Shown here in pieces: positions 18,850-28,755 of a DNA stretch of 64,000 nucleotides. The stretch is from Alkalispirochaeta sp. (GTDB taxonomy: Bacteria > Spirochaetota > Spirochaetia > DSM-27196 > Alkalispirochaetaceae): positions 1,376,001 to 1,440,000 of the forward strand of contig OZ271854.1 of NCBI GenBank assembly GCA_965601925.1, given 5' to 3'. Position 1 is the first letter of the stretch. The number at the start of each line of letters is the position of its first letter. The position numbers were made by a program, and so were the translations under genes. The notes below the pieces were generated by a model. That model saw only the letters and a program-made list of their open reading frames with translations, did not search any database and was not told where the DNA came from.

Positions 18850-19944
18850 TCACCGCTCCACGCGCGCCGAACCGCCACCTACCAGCTTCTCGACCTCGGC
18901 GAGCTGCGCCATCGATGTGTCGCCCGGCGTGGTCATTGCGAGAGCCCCATGGGCGGCGCCGTACTCCACCGCGAGGGCCGGTCCTTTCCCGGCGAGAAAT
19001 CCGTAAATAAGCCCGGAGGCGAAGCTGTCCCCGCCCCCGACGCGGTCGAGAATCTCCAGCCCCGGGCGGTGCGTTGCGCGATGGAACGCGCCCTCGTGAT
19101 ACAAGATCGCTCCCCAATCGTTGATCGTCGCCGTTCGCACGTCCCTGAGAGTCGTAGCCACAGCTTGGAAGTTGGGAAACTCGGCGACCACGGTACGGAT
19201 CATCTTCTCAAAGTTCGAGACGTCCAGCCCGGTAACGTCCTCGTCGACCCCTTCTACCTCAAAACCGAGGGAGGCGGTGAAATCCTCTTCATTTCCGATC
19301 ATGACGTCCACGTACTGCGCGATCTCGCGGTTGACCTCTTGAGCGCGCTCTTTGCCGCCGATCGCTTTCCACAGGGAGGGGCGATAGTTCAGATCGTAGC
19401 TGATAATCGTCCCGTGTTTTCGTGCCGCCTTCATCGCCTGGATGATCACCGCCGGGGTCGTCTCTGAGAGCGCCGCGTAGATACCGCCCGTATGAAACCA
19501 ACGCGCCCCCTCGACGCCGAAAATGTGCTCCCAGTCGATATCGCTCGCTTTGAGGGCGCTTGCCGCGGAGCGGGCGCGATCGGATACCCCCTTTGCGGCG
19601 CGCGCGCCGAATCCGCGCTCGGTGAAGTTGAGTCCGATGCGGACGTCGCGACCGATTCCGTCGTAATCGAACCACTTGCTGTGGCGGTAGTCGACGCCCC
19701 CTTGGAGCAGGAGATCCTCCAAAAGGTAGCCGACCTCGTTGCGGACAAGCCCCGTGACGACCGCCGCTCGCAGCCCGAAGCACCGTCTGAGCCCTCGCGT
19801 CACGTTGTACTCGCCGCCCCCTTCCCATACGCGAAATGCACGCGTCGTCCGCACACGCCCTTCACCGGGGTCGAGCCGAAGCATGATTTCGCCGAGGGAG
19901 ACTGCATCCCACATCACCTCGTTGGAGTCTCGTACCGTAAGCAT
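18850..19944 (-). CDS. kdgK: PfkB-family sugar kinase, 2-keto-3-deoxygluconate kinase type
   Basis: LGEIMLRL, GGGEYNV, FHTGGI, DLNYRPSLW, GNEED, DRVGGGDSFASG. Confidence 0.8.
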   Translation of the reverse strand: MLTVRDSNEVMWDAVSLGEIMLRLDPGEGRVRTTRAFRVWEGGGEYNVTRGLRRCFGLRAAVVTGLVRNEVGYLLEDLLLQGGVDYRHSKWFDYDGIGRDVRIGLNFTERGFGARAAKGVSDRARSAASALKASDIDWEHIFGVEGARWFHTGGIYAALSETTPAVIIQAMKAARKHGTIISYDLNYRPSLWKAIGGKERAQEVNREIAQYVDVMIGNEEDFTASLGFEVEGVDEDVTGLDVSNFEKMIRTVVAEFPNFQAVATTLRDVRTATINDWGAILYHEGAFHRATHRPGLEILDRVGGGDSFASGLIYGFLAGKGPALAVEYGAAHGALAMTTPGDTSMAQLAEVEKLVGGGSARVER

Positions 19945-20148
19945 GGTGGTATCATACCCGAGGTTCCCGGCGGGCGGTAGTATCCGTGCTCCCCCGGTCG
20001 GCACATTCGTGGAGTCTGACGGAGAGGTTATAATCGACCTCGCGGGCTATACGCGAGGGTGGCGGAACGGATAGGCGGCACCGTCACCCGTCCGGCGACG
20101 GCGTAAGCACGCCGTTCGACGTCGCACCCGAACTGCGCTACGATCGAC

Positions 20149-20901
20149 CTACGCGACCTTTCCTACCGGAGCGAGATACACGGTGAACTCATCTCTCCCA
20201 TCAACACCGAGAAGCTGATCGATTTTGGCGTGGTCGTATGCTCCGATGCCGCACGTTCCCGCGCCGATCGACGTGCACGCCAGATAGAGATTTTGGCATA
20301 AGTGGCCGGCGTCCACGGCGATCATCTTGTGTGAGATGATGTCGTAACGCCACTCCGTTCGATACGGGAGGGCGGTCCACGCGAAGAGCACGGCACACTC
20401 GGCGCAGAACTGCTGGCCCCGGCACGCATCGGTTACCCTGTCGGTGGGGTTTGCGCCGCCGCGCACGAGTACGAGCTTATGCTCCAGAGGAAGATACCGG
20501 TACAATCCCACCTCGATACCTTCTACGGCGTTCACCATCAGATACGTTTCGAAGGGGTGTCGCGCCCCGGCCGACGGAACGGTACGCAACCGTTCGGCGC
20601 GTCCCCGTAACCCTTGAGTCGACCACAATAGGAAGGAGAGCTCTTCCAAGCTGAGGTGGTCGGGGAGAAACTTCCGCGCGCTCTTTCTTGCTGCGATGAC
20701 GTCGATGAGAGGCGTGTTACCGACGGTGAACCGCTCCGGCGTCACCAGATTTATCAACTGCGCGCCTTCGGGGTACGATTTTTGCACCTCAGGCGCCGGA
20801 ACACCCCTTCTTTGATCCGATTCAAACGCGTCGAATCGCTCCCACAAATCACCCTTCAAAAAGTCGCGATAATCTTCATTCGGCTTCATATCGTGCTCCA
20901 T
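20149..20901 (-). CDS. SagB/ThcOx-type nitroreductase-fold dehydrogenase (stand-alone)
   Basis: SDQRRGVPAP, RKSARKF, LLWSTQG, RTVPSAGARHPFETY, DAGHLCQNLYL, GTCGIGAY. Confidence 0.88.
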   Translation of the reverse strand: MEHDMKPNEDYRDFLKGDLWERFDAFESDQRRGVPAPEVQKSYPEGAQLINLVTPERFTVGNTPLIDVIAARKSARKFLPDHLSLEELSFLLWSTQGLRGRAERLRTVPSAGARHPFETYLMVNAVEGIEVGLYRYLPLEHKLVLVRGGANPTDRVTDACRGQQFCAECAVLFAWTALPYRTEWRYDIISHKMIAVDAGHLCQNLYLACTSIGAGTCGIGAYDHAKIDQLLGVDGRDEFTVYLAPVGKVA

Positions 20902-21220
20902 AACGTTACGTCTCTCGATAGGCCCTACCGACGACGCGGTCGCATCGAGAATGAAGGGGCCTTCGATCGACCGAAGGCGGTGGGTCGCCCTTCGCTCAAC
21001 GCCGCCGCGTACGCTCCGCTTCGCGGTTGCCGTGCATCTTACACGGCAAGGTCGCGCTCGACATAGTACCCGCACCGTGTCCCGTATGATACTTCGCGGC
21101 TTTTGCGTGGGGAGCTGCGGACGGGGAGTCCGCCGTCGAGAAAAGACACGCCGTCTTCGAGGCTGGACCGACGACTCGACGTGTACGCCGTGTGGTATGG
21201 TAGACGGCGGAGAATACACG

Positions 21221-22027
21221 ATGCGGAATGAAGTACGGACATACTACGATGCGGGCGTCATTACCGAGTGGACGCGGTTGGATCGGCATCCGGTTGAGTT
21301 TGAGATGACGAAACGGCATCTGGCGCCATTCATTGCGCCCGCCTCCCACATAGCCGATATCGGCGGCGGGCCGGGACGATACGCTTTTTACTTCGCCGAG
21401 CGGGGTCACGCGGTGAGCCTCATCGACCTGTCGCCCGAGAACATCGCATTTGCCCGAGCTCACGCTCGCACGAACGGTGTTGCGCTCGATGAGGCGTGTG
21501 TCGGGGACGCGACGGACCTCTCCGCTATCGATTCCGAGATGTTTGACGTGACGCTCTGTCTGGGACCGTTGTATCATCTACCCAATGAGCGAGATCGCGC
21601 CGATGCGATCAATGAGTGCATACGCATCACACGGCCCGAGGGAGCGATTGCGTACGCGTTCATCTCACCGGTTGCCCACGCGATCTCCGTGCTTGTGCGC
21701 AACCCCGCCGGCTTAGGTGATGCGGCGACGGCACTTCATGATGTGTTCACACATGGAGAGAACCGCACGGATTACGATCTCGGCTTTACCCACGCCCACT
21801 ACATGCGCGCTCACGACGTGCGACCCTATTTGGAAACGTTCGGTTTACACGTGCGCGTCGTCGCCGGTGTAGAGACGCTCGTATGGGCGATAGAAGAGCG
21901 GATCGACGAACTCGACTCCAAGACGCGGGCGAAATGGCTCGACTACTGCTTTGATATCTCTACCGATGCGTCGATCATGGGTGCGTCGCAGCACATCCTC
22001 GCGGTATGCACGAAGGCGGACGACTGA
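21221..22027 (+). CDS. Class I SAM-dependent methyltransferase
   Basis: EWTRLDRHPVEFE, IADIGGGPGRYA, LCLGPLYHL. GGAG RBS before ATG 21221. Confidence 0.88.
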   Translation: MRNEVRTYYDAGVITEWTRLDRHPVEFEMTKRHLAPFIAPASHIADIGGGPGRYAFYFAERGHAVSLIDLSPENIAFARAHARTNGVALDEACVGDATDLSAIDSEMFDVTLCLGPLYHLPNERDRADAINECIRITRPEGAIAYAFISPVAHAISVLVRNPAGLGDAATALHDVFTHGENRTDYDLGFTHAHYMRAHDVRPYLETFGLHVRVVAGVETLVWAIEERIDELDSKTRAKWLDYCFDISTDASIMGASQHILAVCTKADD

Positions 22028-22138
22028 GCACAACATCGGCACGGCCGACGCAAAAACGGGGCCCGGGCACCCCCTACGACGCCGCGGCCGGTTTGAGGCT
22101 GCGCTCTGAGATAAGCCAAGCAAGCGGGTCTATGCAGA

Positions 22139-22471
22139 TTACTTAGCCTTGTAGCGGTCGGGCTGATCGAAGAACGTGATGTCGGCATAGCCAGCGTGAA
22201 TCTTTGCCGAATGCGGAACACCGGGCGGGATGTAGTAGTTATCACCCCTGGTATACGAGACTGTTTCGCCGTTCATAGTCAGGTCGATCTGACCATTGAG
22301 AACATAGCCGATCTGCGCCTCATGGGAATGCTCGGGAAGGTCTACATCCTCGGCGAACTCCATGAAGATAATCTGATGGCTCTCAGCTTGTGACAGATAC
22401 GCGGTGATCCCGGATAGCGGAATGTCTGCCTCGGGCAGTTTGCGTACCGGCTCAGCGAAGTTCGATGACAT
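22139..22471 (-). CDS. Cupin-domain protein
   Basis: PEHSHEAQ.G.V..G and GDNYYIPPGVPHSA cupin motifs. Confidence 0.88.
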   Translation of the reverse strand: MSSNFAEPVRKLPEADIPLSGITAYLSQAESHQIIFMEFAEDVDLPEHSHEAQIGYVLNGQIDLTMNGETVSYTRGDNYYIPPGVPHSAKIHAGYADITFFDQPDRYKAK

Positions 22472-22512
22472 TCGTGTTCTCCCTTCTCCTGTGTAGGCAG
22501 GAAACAGACCCG

Positions 22513-22854
22513 CTACTTCAGTTCGACGAAGATGTTTATGCCGCTCCCGGAACCATCCGCCCATTCAAACTCTTCGGTGATGCGGACAAGCGAGCCTGTC
22601 CAGTCGACAGTCGCATTGGAGTGGCCCGTCTTGAACTCGTTGTTGTCGTGCACCTGACAGTACGAGAACTCAAGCCTGGTGCCGTTCAGCAATCCGACAA
22701 GAAAGCCACGCTGAACGCGTCCTCCCGAATAGGATGCGGAGACAAGACTCTCTTGCTGCTGAAACTCAAAGAGAGTGTCGCTATTGACGACACCATCGGC
22801 GGCGGTTGTTTCAACGGTGAACCTTCTGCCATGCAGTTGTAAGCGCTCAGCCAT
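22513..22854 (-). CDS. Small beta-barrel hypothetical protein
   Basis: GVVNSDTLFEFQQ...SASYSGGRVQRGFLVG...FSYCQV...EEFEW, an all-beta pattern. GAGG RBS. Confidence 0.6.
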   Translation of the reverse strand: MAERLQLHGRRFTVETTAADGVVNSDTLFEFQQQESLVSASYSGGRVQRGFLVGLLNGTRLEFSYCQVHDNNEFKTGHSNATVDWTGSLVRITEEFEWADGSGSGINIFVELK

Positions 22855-22861
22855 TGTCGCC

Positions 22862-23299
22862 TCACTCTGCGTCCGCGTTCGACTTGAGCCGACCAAGCAG
22901 ATCCCGTACGTCGGCAGCCGCCGACGCGGGGACGGCATAATAGTCAAACAGGTCGCCAATCGCTGAGTCATAGCCGCACACAACACCGACACCCGAACCG
23001 CATTCCCGTTTGATGACATTCGCTAGCCACCCGACAAAGCCGCTGTTGTCTTCGCGTACGGGGAATCGCACGCGAAAGAGCGCGCACAATTCATCGGCCT
23101 GCTCAGTTTTGCGCAACACTGACCACGCATCGTCAAGCTTGATTAGTGCCAGAATCTCCCCTGATAGGGTTAATGAGTCAATGTCAGCATCTACGGGTTC
23201 GAACGCGTAATGCCCCTCATACCAGACGATCTCGGCTCGGGCAAACACCATGCTGAGCCGCCGATTCGTTTCGTCCGGTTGTTCTTTAGATACATCCAT
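22862..23299 (-). CDS. DUF6196-like ACT-related hypothetical protein
   Basis: DNSGFVGWLA..IK...GSGV.VVCG......FDYY.VP motif. GAGGA RBS before MDVSKE. Confidence 0.7.
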   Translation of the reverse strand: MDVSKEQPDETNRRLSMVFARAEIVWYEGHYAFEPVDADIDSLTLSGEILALIKLDDAWSVLRKTEQADELCALFRVRFPVREDNSGFVGWLANVIKRECGSGVGVVCGYDSAIGDLFDYYAVPASAAADVRDLLGRLKSNADAE

Positions 23300-23401
23300 A
23301 TCGTCCTCGTACGTATCATATGTTGAGGAAATGACACTGCAATACAATATAGACAGAGCCATCTCTTGCATAGCGGTAGGCGTACTACACGTATGCACCT
23401 A

Positions 23402-23572
23402 CTAATGTCCTGTCCCGGAGATTCGCTCGCATAAGCGAGCGAGCTTCGCGAGTATTGAATCTGTAGTTGCATGCCACGCGAGGGGCACTGAGTTCTTGTT
23501 CCATGCAACGACGAAAAACTCGATCTTCGCAACCAGCTCTTTGACGCTGGAGAACGACCCGCGGTGGATCGC
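23402..23572 (-). mobile_element. IS630-family insertion sequence remnant (last 56 codons of the transposase plus the right end)
   Basis: My translation: AIHRGSFSSVKELVAKIEFFVVAWNKNSVPLAWHATTDSILAKLARLCERISGTGH*. This fits the IS630 transposase C-terminus, and it ends in a TA-containing terminus (CTAATGTCCTGTCCCGG on the + strand). Confidence 0.8.
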
Positions 23573-23843
23573 GCAGCTCCGTCGCCATAGCGTCGATGAC
23601 GGCGTAGAGGCCGTCGGTTACGGACTTCCCCTTCAATGCTTCGCCGTACCTCCGCAGGTGCGATCGCCCGCCATGGATGGCCGCCTCTCGTATCAGCTCA
23701 TCTTTGCCGGCCGGGAAGTGGTGATAGAGGCTGCCTTTCGGTACTCCGACGGCGGCGAGCACTTCGTTGACGCAGGTGCCGAAGTATCCCTTCCGTCGTA
23801 TTAGCTCGGAAGCGACGGCGATGAGACGTTCTCGTGTCTTCAT
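23573..23843 (-). pseudogene. TetR/AcrR (LmrA/YxaF-like) regulator truncated after about 90 codons
   Basis: MKTRERLIAVASELIRRKGYFGT.VNEVL....VPKGSLYHHFPAGKDEL HTH. The ligand domain is replaced by out-of-frame IS630 sequence (ORF stops at 23385). Confidence 0.78.
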
Positions 23844-23895
23844 GATTCGAGTATACACGGTGACCGATGATGGGTATCCGGTAAACGCCGAGCCC

Positions 23896-24795
23896 TCAGC
23901 CGCCGTGATCGATCTGCCGACGAGCCGTCCACGGCACGGCGGTCGCGACCGCCTCCACAACCCTGGAGACCCGCCTCCTATCGGACTCGGCGCTCTCGAC
24001 GACGGAGATCCCCGCGACGGGAGCGTTATCGGCGACGGCTGCGAGAAGCGACGCGAGACGTTCGAAATCGATGCCGACCGGGATATCGCACTTGGGATTG
24101 GCGTAGATGTCGGGATGTAGTACATCGAGATCGAGATGCACGTATACCGGGTCCGGACGGGCGGCGCAATATGCCGCCAACGAGCCCGCGTCCTCGGCGG
24201 TGAAACGGCGAATACCGTGGCGCTCGATCGCCGCCGACTCGGGTGGGTCGAGCAGCTTCTGGCCGACCAGCGCCACCCGATCGCGCGGCAACGCCGACTC
24301 ATCCGGAAAAAAGTGTCGATGCGCCGCGGCGTCGGTGATGATACCGAGCGCCATGCCGTGAATGTATCCGGACGGTGAGGATGCAGGAGTATGCAGGTCG
24401 CCGTGCGCGTCGATCCAGATTACGTGAAGTCGCCGGTAGCGACGCTTCATATATGAGACCGTCGCAATCGAGGCCGCGCATCCGCCGCCGAGAAGCACAG
24501 CGTGATCGGGAGCCCGCTCGTCGAGGATCGTGCGGATACCGCGAAGCGCTTTGCGATACACCTCGAAGTCCCGCACGCCGTGTCGCCGTTCCGAATGCGC
24601 ATCGGTATCGACGAAAAACTCGTAGCCCGACGCCGCGCCGGGAACCATATCCTGCAGGAGGCGTGCGCCGGCGGTCAGACTCGCCGCCAACGCGCTTCCG
24701 TACCAGAGATTGGAGGTGACGACGATCGCCTCGGGTCGTGTGTCACGTAACGGTGACGACAAACACGATCTCCCATAGGGTCGGCGGCCCGGCAC
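23896..24795 (-). CDS. Arginase/ureohydrolase-family protein (start uncertain)
   Basis: LGGGCAAS, WIDAHGDLHTP.SSPSG..HGM, YVHLDLDVLHP. Confidence 0.85.
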   Translation of the reverse strand: MPGRRPYGRSCLSSPLRDTRPEAIVVTSNLWYGSALAASLTAGARLLQDMVPGAASGYEFFVDTDAHSERRHGVRDFEVYRKALRGIRTILDERAPDHAVLLGGGCAASIATVSYMKRRYRRLHVIWIDAHGDLHTPASSPSGYIHGMALGIITDAAAHRHFFPDESALPRDRVALVGQKLLDPPESAAIERHGIRRFTAEDAGSLAAYCAARPDPVYVHLDLDVLHPDIYANPKCDIPVGIDFERLASLLAAVADNAPVAGISVVESAESDRRRVSRVVEAVATAVPWTARRQIDHGG

Positions 24796-25246
24796 GGTGT
24801 CGGACGGGGACGGAAACGGGGACGGCGATGCGTCGCGGATATCCTCGGTCGAGGGTCGTCACATCGACGGTAAAGGACGTGGACCCGAGATCGTACTCGA
24901 TCATGGGCGGTCTCCACTCGATCGCGTGCTCGGCGTTGTCCGGAGGACCCGTGTACAACTGTTCGTACAAATCGGCCCTGAACACGTGAGTGACGCACTC
25001 CAAGAGCCGTGCGGGATTGACCGCGGTCCGGAGTGTTTGACCCGGCGACATGAGTGCCCGCTCACCGTCGACCGTCCCGACGACGACCGATACGCGAACG
25101 TCCCAGTCGCCTTCGACCACCTCACCGGTCACCGGTTGCGCGGACTGAAACCGAAGTTCGACCGTTTCGGTCCACAACCACCGCTCGGCACCGATCTGCG
25201 ACACGAGCGCGAACGTCAAAAGAAGTGCGGCGACAAATCGTTTCAT
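24743..25246 (-). CDS. Exported hypothetical protein
   Basis: GGAGG RBS and signal peptide MKRFVAALLLTFALVSQIGA. A decayed paralogue at 45425-45781 supports a real gene. Confidence 0.75.
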   Translation of the reverse strand: MKRFVAALLLTFALVSQIGAERWLWTETVELRFQSAQPVTGEVVEGDWDVRVSVVVGTVDGERALMSPGQTLRTAVNPARLLECVTHVFRADLYEQLYTGPPDNAEHAIEWRPPMIEYDLGSTSFTVDVTTLDRGYPRRIAVPVSVPVRHRAGPPTLWEIVFVVTVT

Positions 25247-25418
25247 CGGAGCGTTCCTCCCGTCGATACAACTCTTCGATAGCATACCATACGACCGAGA
25301 TATCCCAATGGATAAGCACGCCACTACTCATACCGGGGACGATACCGGGTTCGTGAGGCGTTTTACGACGACAATACGCGGGATGCAGCCCGTAACATAT
25401 CGACCGAAATGGTCGGAC

Positions 25419-25451
25419 TTGCATAGCGTTGCCATGTGATATATCATGTGG
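25419..25451 (+). promoter_or_regulatory. gntR promoter overlapped by a palindromic operator
   Basis: TTGCAT-17 nt-TATCAT. Palindrome core TGATATATCA (25437-25446) within CCATGTGATATATCATGTGG. Confidence 0.65.
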
Positions 25452-25479
25452 TTCGTTCAATCAAGGACAGGAGGCATCG

Positions 25480-26133
25480 GTGTCGCGCCGCGGCAGCAAC
25501 GATCAGAGTAAACAAACACTATCGCGCACTGCGTACGACGCACTGTTGGAGCGCTTACTCAACAATAAGCTAGTTCCCGGCGAGATTCTCAATCGTCGCG
25601 ATTTGGCGGCCGAGCTCGGCATGAGCGTCGCTCCGGTACTGGAGGCGGTCGTACAGTTGGAGATGGAAGGATTTCTGGAGAGCATCGCCAGAAAGGGTAC
25701 GCAGGTACGGCCGATTCGGACCGAGGACGTCTTCGGTATGCTGGTGATCCGCGAGGCGTTGGAGTGTCAGGCGGCGCGTATGTACTGCGGCGAGCCGGTC
25801 AGGAATCGTCTGGACGAACTGCGACCGCTGGCAAAGGAGCTCGAGCAATCGAACCCGGAGCAACCGGAGTACTGGAAGAACGAAATCGTCTTTCATCGCG
25901 CTTTGGTGGACCTGGCGAACTGCTCCCGTCTGTCCGAAGAGTTCCAGCGCTGCATGCATCTAAATGTCTTTTACGCGATTCATAAACTAACGATGACCAG
26001 TGTCGGTCTCAACCATCGTCGGCACGACAGGTTGCTCGATGAGTTGCTCGTTCCCGATCCGGACCACGCCGAGCGCGTCGTACGCGAACACGTCCGCTCC
26101 GGAAAGGGCTCCCTTGTTGCGAGGCTGGCGTAA
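25480..26133 (+). CDS. GntR-family (FCD/FadR-type) transcriptional regulator
   Basis: AYDALLERLL...PGE.L....LAAELGMSVAPVLEA...LEMEG, REALECQAA, FHRAL, HVR. Confidence 0.9.
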   Translation: MSRRGSNDQSKQTLSRTAYDALLERLLNNKLVPGEILNRRDLAAELGMSVAPVLEAVVQLEMEGFLESIARKGTQVRPIRTEDVFGMLVIREALECQAARMYCGEPVRNRLDELRPLAKELEQSNPEQPEYWKNEIVFHRALVDLANCSRLSEEFQRCMHLNVFYAIHKLTMTSVGLNHRRHDRLLDELLVPDPDHAERVVREHVRSGKGSLVARLA

Positions 26134-26191
26134 TGCGCACAGTCGCGGTCGTCCCGACTAAACGCCGGACCGCGTGCAGGAGCGGTGAGGC

Positions 26192-27073
26192 ATGAAAGCG
26201 ATATCCGGCCTCTTACCGGCGCTCATTACTCCGTTTGACGGCAACGGTGCCGTACTCGAGTCGTCGTTGCGCGCCCTTGTCGAACGCCTCATCGATCAGG
26301 GTGTGAACGGCTTCTATGTCGGAGGAAGCACCGGCGAGGCATTTCTCCTCACCCGGGAAGAGCGCAAGCATATCCTCACCGTCGTCGTGGAGCAAACTGC
26401 GGGGCGCATTCCGGTGGTCTACCACGTCGGCAGTATCAGCACCGCCGAGGCGATCGATCTCAGCCGCCACGCCGAAACCGTAGGCGCCAATGCGGTCTCG
26501 GCGATTCCGCCCTTCTACTACGGGTTCAATCGCGCTGAGATCGTGCGCTATTACTTGGATATCGCGGAAAGCACGGGACTACCGTTCATATTGTACAACT
26601 TCCCTCAGTTCTCCGGTGTGACGTTGGATCGCGATATGACTTCAACGCTTTTTCGTCACGAAAGCGTAATAGGCATCAAGCACACATCGGTCGATCTTCC
26701 GCAGTTGGAACGGATGAAGCGCGCACATCCCGGTATGGTGATCTTGAGCGGCCACGACGATACGCTCTTGGGTGCGCTCGCGATGGGCGCCGACGGCGCA
26801 GTCGGCAGTACCTACAACCTCATGGCGCCTCAGTTTTTGGAGATGATGCGTCTCGTTCACGGCGGCGATACGGCGGGCGCCAGACATATCCAATCGATCG
26901 TCAACGAGATGATCGATGTCCTCGTGGATGCCGGCATCTTCAATGCGATCAAGCACCTGTTAACGGTCGAAGGCATTCCATGCGGCCGGTGCCGCGCCCC
27001 CTTTGCGCCCCTCGATGGAGACCAACTCGCGCGCCTCGAGAAATCATGGGAGAGATTCAAGCTCGACATCTGA
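26192..27073 (+). CDS. nanA: N-acetylneuraminate lyase-like class I aldolase (DHDPS family)
   Basis: GFYVGGSTGE, SAIPPFYY, LYNFP, Schiff-base GIKHTS, SGHDD, GAVGSTYN. Confidence 0.78.
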   Translation: MKAISGLLPALITPFDGNGAVLESSLRALVERLIDQGVNGFYVGGSTGEAFLLTREERKHILTVVVEQTAGRIPVVYHVGSISTAEAIDLSRHAETVGANAVSAIPPFYYGFNRAEIVRYYLDIAESTGLPFILYNFPQFSGVTLDRDMTSTLFRHESVIGIKHTSVDLPQLERMKRAHPGMVILSGHDDTLLGALAMGADGAVGSTYNLMAPQFLEMMRLVHGGDTAGARHIQSIVNEMIDVLVDAGIFNAIKHLLTVEGIPCGRCRAPFAPLDGDQLARLEKSWERFKLDI

Positions 27074-27141
27074 CGCTCATAGCCGGTGGACGGTAGTGAG
27101 CGACTGGCGGCGTTCCGAAAGTCCCTTCCCTACATTGATAT

Positions 27142-27206
27142 CTCACGCAGAGCTCGCACAGAGACGGCGGGAGGGATCGGTTCCCTTTCTCCGCGGACTC
27201 CGTGAG
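27142..27206. repeat. Imperfect inverted repeat (REP-like) between convergent genes
   Basis: CTCACGCAGAG...AGAGA pairs loosely with TCTCCGCGGACTCCGTGAG. Confidence 0.35.
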
Positions 27207-27313
27207 CTTTTCTTTCACGGGATGCTTGCGAACTTGACGGCCGAGACGCTATCTCCACCGACCGTGTCGCCACGGCGCCCTCGGACACCCCACGCGGTCG
27301 GCGATAGCGCACC

Positions 27314-28522
27314 TCATGGATGTCCGGCAGCTCGGTCGGCGTGTCGTCTCCATACTTCATGCTCCACGTCAAACGTCCACTCGCTGCTATCTACCGCCAG
27401 CTCCCGGCGCCGCCAGCCGCCGCGAACCCGCGCCATCGTCTCGTCCCAGGAGCGCAAGCCCTCCAGCGCATCGATCGCCTCGACGTTGCACGCACCCACT
27501 GCAACCGCAGCCTCCAGCGCGCCCTCAGGAGCAAGACCGCGGAGCAACGCCGCCAAGAACCCCGCGATCGTGGCGTCGCCGGCGCCGGTAGTACCGACGA
27601 CGGCGGTACGAAAGCACGGTGCCCACAGCTCCCTGTCGGTCCAATCGTTGGAGTGCGCCGGTCGCGCCGCCCCGAGAGCGGCGATTCGCTGTGCGGCAGC
27701 GGTGCGTAGGTAGAGCCCCCGTTCTCCCAGCTTGATAGCGACGATCGCCGCTCCCATGGCAAGCAGCTCGGCGCCGAGCTCGGAGAGCAGCTGCGGGGGA
27801 ACAAGGGGTGCGATACTTCCCCCACCGGCGGAGTCGAACAGTTCGTCGAAAAGAGGTCGACGCACCATGTAGAGGAGCTCATCCAGGCTCGGCAAAAAAA
27901 GATCGACGTGCGGCAACGTTGAGTTCAGGATCGCCTTCCAGTCCGCTTGCCCCGCCTCGGACAGCGGGTTGGGGAGCGACATGTCCAGCGATGTAGTCAC
28001 GCCGGTGGACCGCACGTGCTCGAACATCCGTGACAATTGTCGTCCTCCGTCGCGATACATCTCTTTGAGCAGTGGGGGATACCCAAAATGGAACAGTCGC
28101 GCCCGGGCTACACGTTCATAGTCGATATCGTCGGCGCAGAAGCGCTCGTTGGCGCCGGGATAGTGCAAAAAGAGGCGATCAATCTCCGGCGGGCTGATGA
28201 CGATCGTGTACGAGGTGTGGAGCGTCTCGTCTACGACCAGACCGTCCGCCATATGGTCGCCGTAGCGGTTCACGATCGAAGCCACGATCCGGCCCAACTC
28301 GTCGTTGCCGACCTTTGCCATGAGGTACGTTGAAATGCCGAGGATGGTGAGCGCCAGACCGGTGTTGGAAACCGGACCGCCGGTGCAGTGTGTGATCGGC
28401 CCGACGGAGAGCGTGCCGCCCGGTACGAAGGTCGTTGCAAACTGATCGCCGAAGCGCTCCGATAGGGTCGGGATCATGTCGAGACACAGATGCCCGGCGA
28501 CGATCGCATCCGACGTGTTCAT
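27314..28522 (-). CDS. PfkB-family carbohydrate kinase
   Basis: AGHLCLD, TGGPVSNTG, KVGND..G, FHFGYPPL, TSLD, GTTGAGDATIAGF. Confidence 0.9.
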   Translation of the reverse strand: MNTSDAIVAGHLCLDMIPTLSERFGDQFATTFVPGGTLSVGPITHCTGGPVSNTGLALTILGISTYLMAKVGNDELGRIVASIVNRYGDHMADGLVVDETLHTSYTIVISPPEIDRLFLHYPGANERFCADDIDYERVARARLFHFGYPPLLKEMYRDGGRQLSRMFEHVRSTGVTTSLDMSLPNPLSEAGQADWKAILNSTLPHVDLFLPSLDELLYMVRRPLFDELFDSAGGGSIAPLVPPQLLSELGAELLAMGAAIVAIKLGERGLYLRTAAAQRIAALGAARPAHSNDWTDRELWAPCFRTAVVGTTGAGDATIAGFLAALLRGLAPEGALEAAVAVGACNVEAIDALEGLRSWDETMARVRGGWRRRELAVDSSEWTFDVEHEVWRRHADRAAGHP

Positions 28523-28610
28523 CGGTGGACATTACCGCCGTGATGCCCACGTACCGCGGCCGGCGGTGTTGAGCGAGAACGATAGAGTGCCGACGTATCC
28601 GAGGTTTTCA

Positions 28611-28639
28611 TTGACAAAGATCACCTGGTATATCATACT
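28611..28639 (+). promoter_or_regulatory. Sigma70 promoter of the dehydrogenase/aldolase operon with a GntR-type box
   Basis: TTGACA-17 nt-CATACT, with TGGTATATCA overlapping the spacer/-10 (one mismatch to the box at 25437). Confidence 0.72.
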
Positions 28640-28755
28640 CGAACCTGCGGCGGGACACAAGGTTTTTCGCACCACACACCTTTGGCAACCGAGGAATAGG
28701 AGCTGGTTCCGATGCAAAATGGGCGCGTCTGTCGGCATTGCAGGGAGGGACGGAG

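Noticed and set aside
20149..20901. Azole RiPP (TOMM) cluster suggested by the SagB-type dehydrogenase
   Set aside because: No YcaO, E1-like protein, Cys/Ser-rich precursor or exporter nearby; stand-alone SagB-like nitroreductases are common.
22027..23400. Integron cassette array
   Set aside because: Spacers are 7-41 nt with no RYYYAAC...GTTRRRY attC structure, and there is no intI.
26192..27073. Standard sialic acid nan operon, or dapA
   Set aside because: No nanE/nanK/nagA/nagB in the window; the GSTGE and GSTYN motifs favour NanA-like over DapA.
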